A stretch of 64,000 bases of DNA, taken from the NCBI GenBank assembly GCA_964553795.1, contig CAZKMR010000010.1, forward strand, positions 267 to 64,266, given 5' to 3'. The notes below the pieces were generated by a model that had not been told where the DNA came from, did not search any database, and saw only the letters and a list, made by a program, of their open reading frames with translations. Position 1 is the stretch's first letter. The number at the start of each line of letters is the position of its first letter. This document shows positions 9,036-19,000 of this stretch, one piece after another. The translations under genes were made by a program, and so were the position numbers. This DNA is from an uncultured Bifidobacterium sp. (GTDB lineage: Bacteria; Verrucomicrobiota; Verrucomicrobiia; Limisphaerales; JADLHS01).

Positions 9036-10276
9036 CCAAACCGTTCGATCAACTTTGGGCTGAAACCTTTCGCCATGCGGCAGAACATTCGCCGTATTAT
9101 CGCGAATTGTTTCGCGACGCGAAGGACGTTCCACCGCTCGATTCCGTTCCCACCCTCGATAAGAAGATTTTGTCCGAGCGCAATCTGGATTTCCTCTGCG
9201 TCTCGCGTGATCGCATTGTTGAGATTGTGACAACGAGCGGAACGACGGGTCAGCCGCTGCTCTGGATGTTGACCGAGGCGGACCTGAAGCGGCTCGGAGT
9301 GAACGAGCAACTTTCCTTCGGCTGCGCCGGGCTCACGGCGCGGGACACGGTGCTCGTGGCGGTGGCGATGGATCGTTGTTTCATGGCGGGGTTGGCGTAT
9401 TGGCTGGGGCTGCGCGAAATCGGCTGTGGCGTGGTGCGAACCGGTGCGACGTCGCCGTTGCTGGTGCTGGAAATGATTCAACGCGCGCAACCAACCGCGA
9501 TTGTCGGTGTGCCGTCGTTCCTCCGCATCGTCTCCGACAAAGCGTGGGAAGCGGGCATTGACCTCAAGAAATCTTCGGTCAAAAAACTTGTCTGCATTGG
9601 CGAGCCGATTCGCGATGCTTCGTTCCAATTGAATCACTCGGGAGCGGTACTGGAATCGGCATGGGGCGCGAAGGTTTTTTCCACTTATGGCGTGACCGAA
9701 CTCGCCAATTCGCTTTGTGAATGTGAAGCCGGGCAGGGCGGCCATTTGCACGAGGAACAACTGCACATCGAAATTCTCGATGACGCCGGCCAGTCCGTAC
9801 CAGACAGCGAAGTAGGTGAAGTGGTGGCGACGACGTTTGGCGTCGAGGCAATGCCGGTGATTCGGTATCGCACGGGCGATTGTGCGGCGTTGTATCGCGG
9901 CAAATGTGTGTGCGGTCGCAGCACGCCTCGGCTGGGGCCGATCATCGGACGCAAGAATCAAAAGCTGAAGTTCAAAGGCACATCGCTATATCCGGCGACA
10001 CTTGCGGCGGTGCTCGAACAGGCGCCGGGCGTGGAGGCGTTTGTAATTCAGGCGCGGAAGGAAAGCGAGTTGTCCGACGCGGTTGAAGTGCTGGTGCATG
10101 GTTCAGCGCTCGTGGCGGAATTACGCGAACAGTTTCAGGCGCGGACCAAAATCGCGCCACAAATTCGCCATGCGACGCGGGAGGAAATCGAGTCGCTGCA
10201 AATGCCGCCGCAAGCGCGGAAACGGCGCACGTTTGTGGATTTGCGAAACGAAAGTTCACCCGGAGGAACGATGTGA
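9032..10276 (+). CDS. Phenylacetate-CoA ligase / coenzyme F390 synthetase-like adenylating enzyme
   Basis: The GTG at 9032 overlaps the upstream stop (GTGA). TTSGTTGQPL (adenylation core), YGVTE and RYRTGD motifs. About 414 aa, typical of the PaaK-like family. Confidence 0.75.
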   Translation: MTKPFDQLWAETFRHAAEHSPYYRELFRDAKDVPPLDSVPTLDKKILSERNLDFLCVSRDRIVEIVTTSGTTGQPLLWMLTEADLKRLGVNEQLSFGCAGLTARDTVLVAVAMDRCFMAGLAYWLGLREIGCGVVRTGATSPLLVLEMIQRAQPTAIVGVPSFLRIVSDKAWEAGIDLKKSSVKKLVCIGEPIRDASFQLNHSGAVLESAWGAKVFSTYGVTELANSLCECEAGQGGHLHEEQLHIEILDDAGQSVPDSEVGEVVATTFGVEAMPVIRYRTGDCAALYRGKCVCGRSTPRLGPIIGRKNQKLKFKGTSLYPATLAAVLEQAPGVEAFVIQARKESELSDAVEVLVHGSALVAELREQFQARTKIAPQIRHATREEIESLQMPPQARKRRTFVDLRNESSPGGTM

Positions 10277-10297
10277 TGCCGACGCATTCTGAAGCCA

Positions 10298-10426
10298 TTT
10301 TGGACAGCGGAGGCAAGCGGAGCGCGACCCCGCTTTTTGGGTTGCAGAAATTTCGTGAGAACTCGATTGACTGCTGTGCTTGCGAAAGCGCCGTCGCCGC
10401 TGATGCTCTGCCGGCGCAGTCCAAAA
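10298..10426. repeat. Second copy (opposite orientation) of the 128-129-bp palindromic unit seen at 1552-1679
   Basis: The reverse complement of the right arm, TTTTGGACTGCGCCGGCAGAGCATCAGCGGCGACGGCGCTTTCG, is near-identical to 1552-1594. The left arm TTTTGGACAGCGGAGGCAAGCGGAGCGCGACCCCGCTTTTTGG is its imperfect inverted partner. The element ends 1 nt before the ATG at 10428. Confidence 0.75.
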
Positions 10427-10427
10427 C

Positions 10428-11552
10428 ATGAAGCCGTGCATCGTCATTCCGTGCTACAACCACTCGGCGACTGTCGGCGCGGTGGCTCTGGCGGCGTTAG
10501 CGCATGCGCCGGTGATTGTGGTGGATGACGGCTCAACGGAAGCGTTGCCGGAGTTGCCGGGTTGCGACGTATTGCGCCTGGCGCGAAACAGCGGTAAGGC
10601 AACGGCATTGCGCGCAGGATTTGCGCGTGCGGTCGAGCGAGGATTCACGCACGCGATCACGATGGACGCGGACGGGCAGCACTTCGCAGAGGATTTACCA
10701 AAGTTTCTCGCGGCAGCGGAACAACAGCCAAACGCTTATCTCGTCGGCGTGCGCGATTTGGTGGCAGCGGGTTGTCCGAAACATCGGCAACGCTCGAATC
10801 GCATTTCGACGTTCTGGTATCGTGTGGAAACGGGCGTGCGGATTCGCGATACGCAATGCGGCTTTCGTTGTTACCCGCTGGCGCTGGTGCAGCGACTCAA
10901 GATCAATTCCAATCGCTACGCCTACGAATTGGAATTCATGGTGCGCGCGGCTTGGATCGGAACGCAGATTGTCGCCGTGCCGGTGAAATGCACGTACGCG
11001 CCGGGACAGGCGGGGGCATCGCATTTCCGGACCGTGCGGGATTTTTGCCACATCACGGGCATGAACATCCTGCTCGTGTTTCAATCGTGGCTCGTGCCGC
11101 AAACCGTGCGCATCGCGTGGTCGCAGGGACAACGCTGGGGTTTTCGGAAAACCGCGCGCGAATTTTTTACCGAACACGCTCACAGTCCCGGACGCATGGC
11201 ACTGGCGGTTGGACTGGGTTTATTTTTCGGCATCGTGCCAATCTGGGGTTTTCAAATGGCGGCGGCGGCGGCGAGCGCGCATTGGTTGCGGTTGAACAAA
11301 GCCATCGCGCTCTCGGCGAGCAACATTTCCATGCCTCTGATTGCGCCGTTTATCTTGTGGGGTGCAATGGTGCTGGGACATTGGATGTTCACGGGCGAGA
11401 TTTTGCAACTGACGCGTGAGCAAATGGAGCAATCATCCGTGCGCGAATTTTTACCGCGGTTTTTGGCGGGTAGCGTGGTGTTGGCGATGATTGTGTCGGT
11501 GCTCGGAACGATGATCACCTACGTCATCGCGTGGTTCGTGAAGCGGAAGTAG
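10428..11552 (+). CDS. Family 2 glycosyltransferase fused to a DUF2062-type membrane domain
   Basis: 374 aa. GT2 N-terminus CIVIPCYNHSATV ... VIVVDDGSTE ... MDADGQH. The C-terminal approx 130 aa are polytopic and hydrophobic (GLGLFFGIVPIWGFQM...), as in DUF2062. Confidence 0.8.
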   Translation: MKPCIVIPCYNHSATVGAVALAALAHAPVIVVDDGSTEALPELPGCDVLRLARNSGKATALRAGFARAVERGFTHAITMDADGQHFAEDLPKFLAAAEQQPNAYLVGVRDLVAAGCPKHRQRSNRISTFWYRVETGVRIRDTQCGFRCYPLALVQRLKINSNRYAYELEFMVRAAWIGTQIVAVPVKCTYAPGQAGASHFRTVRDFCHITGMNILLVFQSWLVPQTVRIAWSQGQRWGFRKTAREFFTEHAHSPGRMALAVGLGLFFGIVPIWGFQMAAAAASAHWLRLNKAIALSASNISMPLIAPFILWGAMVLGHWMFTGEILQLTREQMEQSSVREFLPRFLAGSVVLAMIVSVLGTMITYVIAWFVKRK

Positions 11553-11750
11553 CTGGAGCGCCGATCTCCAGATCGGCCAGTTTCGTAGGATAACAGTGAT
11601 TGCCGAATTCGATATCGAATCCAACCCACCCCTAACCCCTCCCGGGAGGGGAACGTGATTGCGAGTGCTTTCGCGTTTTGCTCCCCTCTTGGGAGGGGCT
11701 GGGGGTGGGTTCAGCCACGAGCCGATCAGGAGATCGGCGCTCCGATCAGC
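11552..11750. repeat. Nested inverted repeats filling the gap between convergent genes (possible bidirectional terminator or REP cluster)
   Basis: The outer pair is GGAGCGCCGATCTCCAGATCGGC (left) and GCCGATCAGGAGATCGGCGCTCC (right), each itself a hairpin (GCCGATC-nnnn-GATCGGC). The inner pair is AACCCACCCCTAACCCCTCCCGGGAGGGG and CTCCCCTCTTGGGAGGGGCTGGGGGTGGGTT. Confidence 0.7.
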
Positions 11751-13053
11751 GAATCATCAATTCCTTCGGATCGCGTTTGCTGAGGCCGTGATTTACGACG
11801 AAACGCAGCAGGCCGAGGCTGTAACGGGAATTTGATGCGGCGCCGGTGAAGATTTTTCCGAAGTGATTGCTCATGTGCGGCATCATCAATCGGAAGATAA
11901 AATACTTCTCCACCATCATCTGGCCGACGACGACGGAGTTGAACAAGCTGCCGCTGTAAAAATAATCCACGATTTCGTGCCAGCATTTCAGGTGATGAAT
12001 GGTTTCCTCTTGGTAGTGTTGAAACCCGCGGGCCGTGCCCTTGCGAATCGCCTTTGCCAACTCGACGGCGCCTTGCATGCCGATGAGCAAACCGCTGGAG
12101 AACACGGGATCAATGAAGCCCGCCGTGTCGCCAACCAAAGCCCAACCGTCACCAACGGTGCGATCCGAAACGAGTTGGTAATTGGAGTATTCCATCACGG
12201 GCGTGAGTCGTTTGGCGTCGCCAGCGACCTGTTTCAAAACGGAATCCTGGCGCAGCAGATTGTCGAAACGTTCTTCCTTCGTCGCGCCGTATTTCGGTAG
12301 ATGCTCCGTGCCGATAACCATGCCGACGGACACACGCCCTTGCAGCGGAATGCGCCAACTCCAGCCGTGGTCCATGCGCGTGGTATGAACGTGGCCTTCA
12401 TAATCGAGTTTGGTTCGATCCACGTGGGCAAAGAGCGCGGTGTCTTTACGCCCGCCTTCGCGACTGGGAATGTTCAGAGCATTTGGTAACAGGCGAATGC
12501 GTCCCGTAGCATCCACGATGAAATCCGGAGCACCGGGAAAATGTTGATTCCAGAGCGCCAGGGTTTCGCGGGAGAGTTGCACGCGATCCGTGCCGGGATT
12601 GGCTTCGACGGCTGCGGGTGACTCGATAATTCTCGTGCCCGCCTTCCGCGCGGCGTTGAGCAGCGTTTCGTCAAATTTGTCGCGGGGAACATTGTAGGCG
12701 TAACCGGGCAGCGGACCGCGGATGTTGGAAAACGGGAACGAGAGATTGATTTCTTCCGTGAGATTGATGGTTGCACCGGGTTTGTAGAGTCCGTAAGTGC
12801 GAACTTCATCTTCGACGCCGAGCGTTCGCAAAATGGGAATGATGGCGGGCACGAGCGATTCGCCAACGAGCAACGGTGCTTGGCGCGAGCGATGAAAAAT
12901 CGCGACCTGGATGCCATCGCGGGCGAGTAGCGTTGCGAGCGTGCTCGCCGCCGGTCCGCCGCCGAGAATAGCGACGGTTTTGATCTGGCGATCACGACCA
13001 ATAAATTTGCGCGCGTCGGGGTGGATGATGTCGTTCGGCTGATTGTTCTTCAT
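11746..13053 (-). CDS. Flavin-dependent halogenase-type oxidoreductase, paralog 1
   Basis: 435 aa. GxGxxG motif ILGGGPAAS. Contains the halogenase hallmark WxWxIP as GWSWRIPL, and a conserved Lys in YKPGATINL. Confidence 0.8.
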   Translation of the reverse strand: MKNNQPNDIIHPDARKFIGRDRQIKTVAILGGGPAASTLATLLARDGIQVAIFHRSRQAPLLVGESLVPAIIPILRTLGVEDEVRTYGLYKPGATINLTEEINLSFPFSNIRGPLPGYAYNVPRDKFDETLLNAARKAGTRIIESPAAVEANPGTDRVQLSRETLALWNQHFPGAPDFIVDATGRIRLLPNALNIPSREGGRKDTALFAHVDRTKLDYEGHVHTTRMDHGWSWRIPLQGRVSVGMVIGTEHLPKYGATKEERFDNLLRQDSVLKQVAGDAKRLTPVMEYSNYQLVSDRTVGDGWALVGDTAGFIDPVFSSGLLIGMQGAVELAKAIRKGTARGFQHYQEETIHHLKCWHEIVDYFYSGSLFNSVVVGQMMVEKYFIFRLMMPHMSNHFGKIFTGAASNSRYSLGLLRFVVNHGLSKRDPKELMIR

Positions 13054-13241
13054 CAGGGCGGATTCAGGTTAGAAGCCAACCCGGATGATGGCAATGGCAG
13101 TTCCAGCGTGTATGTCTCGCGACCGGAAATCCGCTTGAGTGCGTCCGAGTGCATTTTAGAATAGCAGCGCTTGCCGAACTCAGAAGTAATCGCTGTGATC
13201 GACGCGAACTCGGCAGCAAACCAAACTCAGATGCGTTACGC

Positions 13242-14507
13242 ATGAGCAGTTTGAACGGGCACACCAAGAAATATCAGAACATCGCGATTCTGGGCGGCGG
13301 GCCGGCGGCGAGTACGCTGGCGATTTTGTTGCGCCGCGCGGGTCGCGGCGTGGTGATGTTTCATCGCCCGAAGCAAGTCGCGCTCACGGTCGGCGAATCG
13401 CTCGTGCCGGCGATTGTCACGATGTTGCGGCAGTTGGGCGTGGAAGAAGAAGTGCGCGCGTTCAGCATGATGAAGCCTGGCGCGACGTTTAACATCACGC
13501 CGGAAGACCATTTTGCGTTCTGGTTCGAGCGGTTGCCGAAGAAGACGCCGCATTATTCCTACAACACGCCGCGCGATCAGTTTGATGAAACTATTCTGAA
13601 AGCCGCGCGTAAGGCAGGCGCGCACGTGGTCGAAGCGGCGGCGCAAGTAGAACGCGTGAATCAAACCGATCGCGTGCGATTGACGGGAGATTCGCTGGTC
13701 GCGTGGAATCAGTTTTTTTCAGGCGAACCGGAATTGATTGTGGATGCAACAGGGCGGGCGCGAGTGATTCCGGGCTTGTTGAATTTGCCGAGTCACACGG
13801 GGCCGCGGAAAGACACGGCGCTCTTTGCGCACGTGGACAAAGCAAATCTTGATCATGAAGGTCACGTACACACGACGCGCATGAATCACGGCTGGAGCTG
13901 GCAGATTCCGCTGCCGAATCGCGTGTCGGTGGGATTGGTCGTCGGATCGGAATTTCTTGCGCCGTTCGGAGCAACGAAAGAGGAACGCTACGACAATTGG
14001 CTCAAACAAGATCCGATGTTGAAACGCGTGACGGGCGAATCCAGACGCGTAACCCCGGTGCTGGAATACTCCAATTACCAGCTCGTGTCGGATCGCATGG
14101 TGGGGGACGGCTGGGTGCTGGTGGGCGATACGGCGGGGTTTGTGGACCCGGTTTTTTCGAGCGGCCTGTTGATCGGAATGTATGGCGCGATGAAATTGTG
14201 CGACGCGATTCAGATGGGAACGGCGCGGGCGTTCGCGGATTATGAACGCGAGATGAAGGAGCAACTCAACATTTGGCAGGAGATCGTGGACTATTTTTAC
14301 AACGGACGACTGTTCACTTTTTTCCGCGCGGGTGAGCGATTGAAAGACAATGTTTTCATCAAGCTGACGCGCCCGCATCTGGTGGCGAATCTCGGCGGCA
14401 TTTTCAGCGGGGCGGCTTCGACGTCGGCGTATTCGACCGGGCTGTTGCGCTTTTTGATGAAACACGCGTTGCGCGATGAAGACCCGGCGGAGTTGGCGGT
14501 GCGTTAA
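13242..14507 (+). CDS. Flavin-dependent halogenase-type oxidoreductase, paralog 2
   Basis: 421 aa from the internal ATG of track ORF 13149..14507 (MSSLNGHTKKYQNIAILGGGPAAS). WxWxIP motif as GWSWQIPL (nt 13893-13910) and Lys in MKPGATFNI. Collinear similarity to 11746..13053 throughout. Confidence 0.8.
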   Translation: MSSLNGHTKKYQNIAILGGGPAASTLAILLRRAGRGVVMFHRPKQVALTVGESLVPAIVTMLRQLGVEEEVRAFSMMKPGATFNITPEDHFAFWFERLPKKTPHYSYNTPRDQFDETILKAARKAGAHVVEAAAQVERVNQTDRVRLTGDSLVAWNQFFSGEPELIVDATGRARVIPGLLNLPSHTGPRKDTALFAHVDKANLDHEGHVHTTRMNHGWSWQIPLPNRVSVGLVVGSEFLAPFGATKEERYDNWLKQDPMLKRVTGESRRVTPVLEYSNYQLVSDRMVGDGWVLVGDTAGFVDPVFSSGLLIGMYGAMKLCDAIQMGTARAFADYEREMKEQLNIWQEIVDYFYNGRLFTFFRAGERLKDNVFIKLTRPHLVANLGGIFSGAASTSAYSTGLLRFLMKHALRDEDPAELAVR

Positions 14508-14546
14508 TTTGGAGTAAATGAATTTCATGATGAGGAGTTATCCCCG

Positions 14547-15818
14547 ATGAGCAGTGTCTGGCCGCAGAATGGCTGCGATTATTTGATGCGGAGTTTTGAC
14601 TGGGAATTGCGCCGGCACGGTTATGCGGGCAATTCGTGTCAGATCATCCTCGAACTGGCCGCACCCATTCAACCCGAGGCGTTGCGCGCACGGTTGAAGA
14701 TGTTGGCGGAGCGATATCCGATTTTGAATGCGCGTTCTGCGGGAGTTTTTCGACGGCGTTGGAAATTGCCGAGTGGTGAGGTCAAACCGCCTCAAGTCCG
14801 TGTGCATCCGGATGCGCCCGAGTTGATGCAACGACTCGTCAACGAAGGGCTCGCTTCGGATAACGGCGAGTTGATGCGTTTTGATTTGATCGAGTGCGGC
14901 GCTGGGCGAATGAAAGTGTTGTTTACCTGGGCGCACGCATTGATGGATGCGCATAGCGCGGAACACTTCATCGGCGTAGTGGGACGCGAGGATTTGGCGT
15001 TGCCGGCGACGGAATATCAACCGCCGGCGGGACCGCGTTTGCCGTTCAAGGAGCGGAGTCGTCGTGCGCTGAAAAACTTTCAGGCGTACAATCAATTCCG
15101 CAATCAAGCGCCGCGTTCGCCGGGAGTGCGACATGCGAATGCGCCCGCGATTTTGCAACATCGCGTGGAGTTATTCACCGCAGTGGAAACGGCGCAGGTG
15201 CGGGCGAATGCGCGCAAACATGCCGGGGCGTTGGGCGAAGCGCAATTTCACGCGGCGGTTTCTATTTTGGAAGTGCATGAACTGCACAAGCGGATTGGGT
15301 GCGTGAGTCCGAGTTATTTGTTGCCCGTGCCGGTGGGCTTGCGACCCAAGGGCAATGTTGAGCCGCTGTTCAGCAATCAGGTGACGATGTTGTTGTTGCA
15401 GTTTTTGCCGGAGCATCTGACGGACATGGCGAAAACCATCGCGCACTTGAAGACGCAGACCAGTCAAGCGATGCGAGACGGCGTGGTGGATGGCGGGGTG
15501 ATGTTTTTGGAAATGCTGCGCGTGTTGCCGCTGCCGGCGCATCAGGGCTTCACGAAGATGGGATTGAAAGGTGAGGTGTGTTCGATTTTTTACGGCAACA
15601 CAGCGGCGGTGAGTGCGGTGGTGACAAAGTTTCTTGGGGTGGAGATTGTGGATTTCACGCATATCGCGGCGGTGCCGCCGTCGCCGGGCATGGGAGTGAT
15701 TTTTTACAACTTTCGTGGCTTGCTGCGCGTGACGATTTTGCATCTGGCGAAGACGTTGAACGAAGCGGAGGCGGCGGATTTTGCGGCGGGATTGCGGCGG
15801 CGGCTGTTGGGAGGATGA
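14547..15818 (+). CDS. Condensation-domain-like acyltransferase (HxxxD family), paralog 2
   Basis: 423 aa. FTWAHALMDAHSAEHF. Shares long identical blocks with 6619..7890: NGCDYLM, GYAGNSCQIILEL, EPLFSNQV, PSPG.G.IFY. Confidence 0.7.
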   Translation: MSSVWPQNGCDYLMRSFDWELRRHGYAGNSCQIILELAAPIQPEALRARLKMLAERYPILNARSAGVFRRRWKLPSGEVKPPQVRVHPDAPELMQRLVNEGLASDNGELMRFDLIECGAGRMKVLFTWAHALMDAHSAEHFIGVVGREDLALPATEYQPPAGPRLPFKERSRRALKNFQAYNQFRNQAPRSPGVRHANAPAILQHRVELFTAVETAQVRANARKHAGALGEAQFHAAVSILEVHELHKRIGCVSPSYLLPVPVGLRPKGNVEPLFSNQVTMLLLQFLPEHLTDMAKTIAHLKTQTSQAMRDGVVDGGVMFLEMLRVLPLPAHQGFTKMGLKGEVCSIFYGNTAAVSAVVTKFLGVEIVDFTHIAAVPPSPGMGVIFYNFRGLLRVTILHLAKTLNEAEAADFAAGLRRRLLGG

Positions 15819-15915
15819 GGAACGCGGAGGCGCAGAGGACGCGGAGAGGCACGGAGGCATTCGGCGATCCATATTCAATTTTCATTCGGCTGCGTTTCTT
15901 CGTGATTCAGATTCA

Positions 15916-15948
15916 GGCCGATTCGGAGATCGGCGCTCCGATTGCAGG
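15916..15948. repeat. Copy of the GGAGATCGGCGCTCCGAT hairpin element, preceded by degenerate CRCRGAGG tandem repeats (15823-15858)
   Basis: GGCCGATTCGGAGATCGGCGCTCCGATTGCAGG closely matches 11721-11750. Just after the stop at 15818 lies ACGCGGAGG CGCAGAGG ACGCGGAGAGG CACGGAGG. Confidence 0.65.
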
Positions 15949-16054
15949 AACGGAAGCGACTGGTTTTCGCGCTTGGCTTCGCTAAACTTCGCGGGCCGAA
16001 CATGACGGAACTTTCTGCAACTGGCCTCGCTTGGGAGGCAACGCGCGCGAAGCG

Positions 16055-19000
16055 ATGAACTTCGATCTCTACTCGCGCTTGTATCTCTGGCTCGTGGCGC
16101 ATCGGCGGCTCACGTTGTTCCTCACGCTCGTCGTCACGTTGGTTTGCACCGTGGTGTCGCTGCAAATCCGCACCAAGGAAGACATGCTCGACATGTTGCC
16201 GAGCGGCGATGAGCGCGTGGAGGAGTATCGCTACGCGTTGCGTAAATTCCGGCAGATTGACCGCGTTTACATGGACATCGGTATCAATCGCGATGATCCG
16301 GAAACGTTGGCGCGCGCGGCGGATGCGATGTACGAACGGCTCGCGACGAACAGCGCGTTTGGGCGAATTCAATATCGCGTCGAGATGGGCAACCAGGATC
16401 AGATCGTGAGTTATCTGACCGGCGCATTGCCAAATCTTTTCACGGCAGAAGACGCGCGGGAATTGGAAGCGAAGCTTCAGCCGGAGGAAGTGCGGGATTA
16501 TCTCACCACGATGCGGCGCAAGTTGGCCGGGCCGGAAGGCATGGTGCTGAAGAATGTGATCGAAGCCGATCCGATTGGCAGCAGTGGGTTGGTGGTGAAG
16601 AAAGTGTTGCCGTTGCAGGCGGGTTTTGGCGGCGCGGAGATTGTGGAAGGTCGCATCACGAGTAGCGACGGGCGGCACGTGTTGATGTTGGCCGAACCAA
16701 AATTTCCATCGTCGGATTCGGGCGCGAGCGCGGAATTGGTGCGCGAGATGGTGCGCGCGGCGCGTGACGTGGAGCAGCAATTTCCCGGGGTGCATGTCGC
16801 CATCACGGGCGGGCATCGCATGTCGGTGGACAACGCGACGATCATCCGCGCCGATGCGCAACGCTGTATCGCGATCGGCATGGTGGCGATGATTGTTTTG
16901 TTCCTCTTCGCGTATCGGCGGCGTTGGTTGGCAATGGTGACGTTTCTGCCTTCCTTCTTTGGGACAACCGTCGCGGGCGTGATGTTGGCGATCTGGCACG
17001 ATCAACTTTCCGCGATTGCGCTGGGGTTTGCGTCCATCGCCGTGGGCATCACGGTGGATTACGCGATTCACGTCATCTATCACCTCGATGACGCTGGAGC
17101 AGCCGATCACCCGAAGCGCGCGAAGCATCTGACGCAATTGGTGTATCCGATTTCGGTGGGCGTGATTACGACGGTGGCGGCGTTCATGGTGATGCTGGCG
17201 TCGCCGATCAACGGTTACCGGCAACTTGGCATGCTGGGCACGGTGGGCGTGGTGTTCTCGGCGGCGTTTGCGTTGATTATTTTGCCGTTGCTGGTGCCGC
17301 CGGCGAAAGGCGGCAGCGTGGCGCCGTTGCGATTGACGGGATTGTGGGAACGCTTCTTCCAGTGGCAGGCGAAGCGTCGCGGCATCGTGGTGTTGATCGC
17401 GCTCGTGCTGACGCTGGTTGCGGTGTTCGGCGTGCGGCATCTGCGGTTCGAGGGCGACATCACGAAGATGAATGGCATCACCGATTCCACGCGTGCGGAT
17501 GAGGCGTTGATCAGTAAAACGTGGGGCGACGCGGTGGGTATGACGTTGGTGGTCACGCGCGGCGAAACTCCGGCGGAAGCGCTGGCGCAGAATGATCGCT
17601 TGGCGGCGGCGTTGGCGGGGAACACGAACGTGACGGCGGTATATTCGTTGGCGGCGATTTGTCCCGCGCCGGAAACACAGCGCGAAAACATGCAACGCTG
17701 GCGCGAGTTTTGGACGGTAGAGCGGCGCGAGAATTTGCGGCAAACGCTGACGCAGGTCGCAGGCGAATTGGGTTTTCGTGCCGATGCATTTGCGAGGTTC
17801 TGGCAACAACTGGAGAGCGAACCGGAGTTGTTGACGCTGGAACAGTTTCGCGGCACGCCGTTGGAGAAAGCGCTTGATGAGCGGGTGGCATTGGCGGAAG
17901 GCGATAACGCGATCAGCACCGTCGTGCGATTGGCGGATCGAGCGCAGGCGGGACAACTGCGGGAGTTGGTGCCGGGCGCGATTGTTTTGGACGGAAAAGA
18001 TTTCGCCACGCATTTAGCGGCGATTGCGAAAGACGGACTGAAGGCGTTTGCCGTTGGGACGACGATTGCCGTCGGCATTTTGCTCGCGGTGTGTTTGGCG
18101 TCCCTCGAGCTGATGGCGGTAACGCTCGTGCCGATTGTCGTGGGCCTGCTGTGGACGTTCGGGGCAATGGCTTGGTTGGGGCTGCCGATTGATTTGATGA
18201 ACAGCATTTTTGTGATCTTCATCATTGGTGTGGGTGAGGATTACGCGGTGTTTCTGGTGACGAGTCGGTTGGATGAATGGCGCGGGCGCGCGAGTCATTC
18301 GGCGGTGGCCAGTGCGTCGGTGTTCGTGTCGGCGGCAACGACGATTTTTGGTTTCGGCGTGATGGTGTTGGCGGATCATCCGGTATTGTTTTCGATGGGC
18401 GCAACGGTGCTCATCGGGATGTTGTTCACGTTCGTGGCCACGCTACTGCTCACGCCGCTGTGCATGGACGTGTTGTTGTTCAATCCCATGCCGCGCGGCG
18501 CGCCGAAGTGGTGGCATGTGCTGGGCACAATCTGGGTGACGCTGCACCTGGGCGGGATTCAGGTTTATCTCTACACGGTGTTGCGACCGGTGCTGAAGTT
18601 GTTTCGCGTGCGCAACGGCGACGCTTTTCTGCGGGCGAGCGCGCGATATCTGGTGCGCGGTTTGATTAAAGCGATGCCCTTTGGACGAACGCGCTTGCAC
18701 GACATCACTCCGGAGACATTTAAGAAACCCTCAATCGTCATCAGCAATCATCAATCGGCGGTGGATACGTTATTGGTCAAAGGATTGCCCGGTGACGTGC
18801 GGCAAACGGCGAAAAAGCGCGTGTTCGATTCGCCGCTGTTGGGTTTCAGTTGCAAATATCTCGGTGAAGTGATGGTCGAGCCGAACAATCCGGAAGGCAC
18901 CTTGCAACGGGCGCGAGAAGTGTTGCGGAGCGGAGCGTCGGTGCATTTTTATCCGGAAGGCACGCGGTCGCTGGACGGCTCGGTGCAACGCTTTCGCCGG

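Noticed and set aside
15875-18013. 712-aa minus-strand ORF, with further minus-strand ORFs at 17215..18225 and 18014..18379
   Set aside because: It is antisense to the well-supported MMPL-fusion gene. The translation is an Arg/His/Gln/Pro-rich low-complexity string with no motifs, the typical shadow ORF of high-GC coding DNA.
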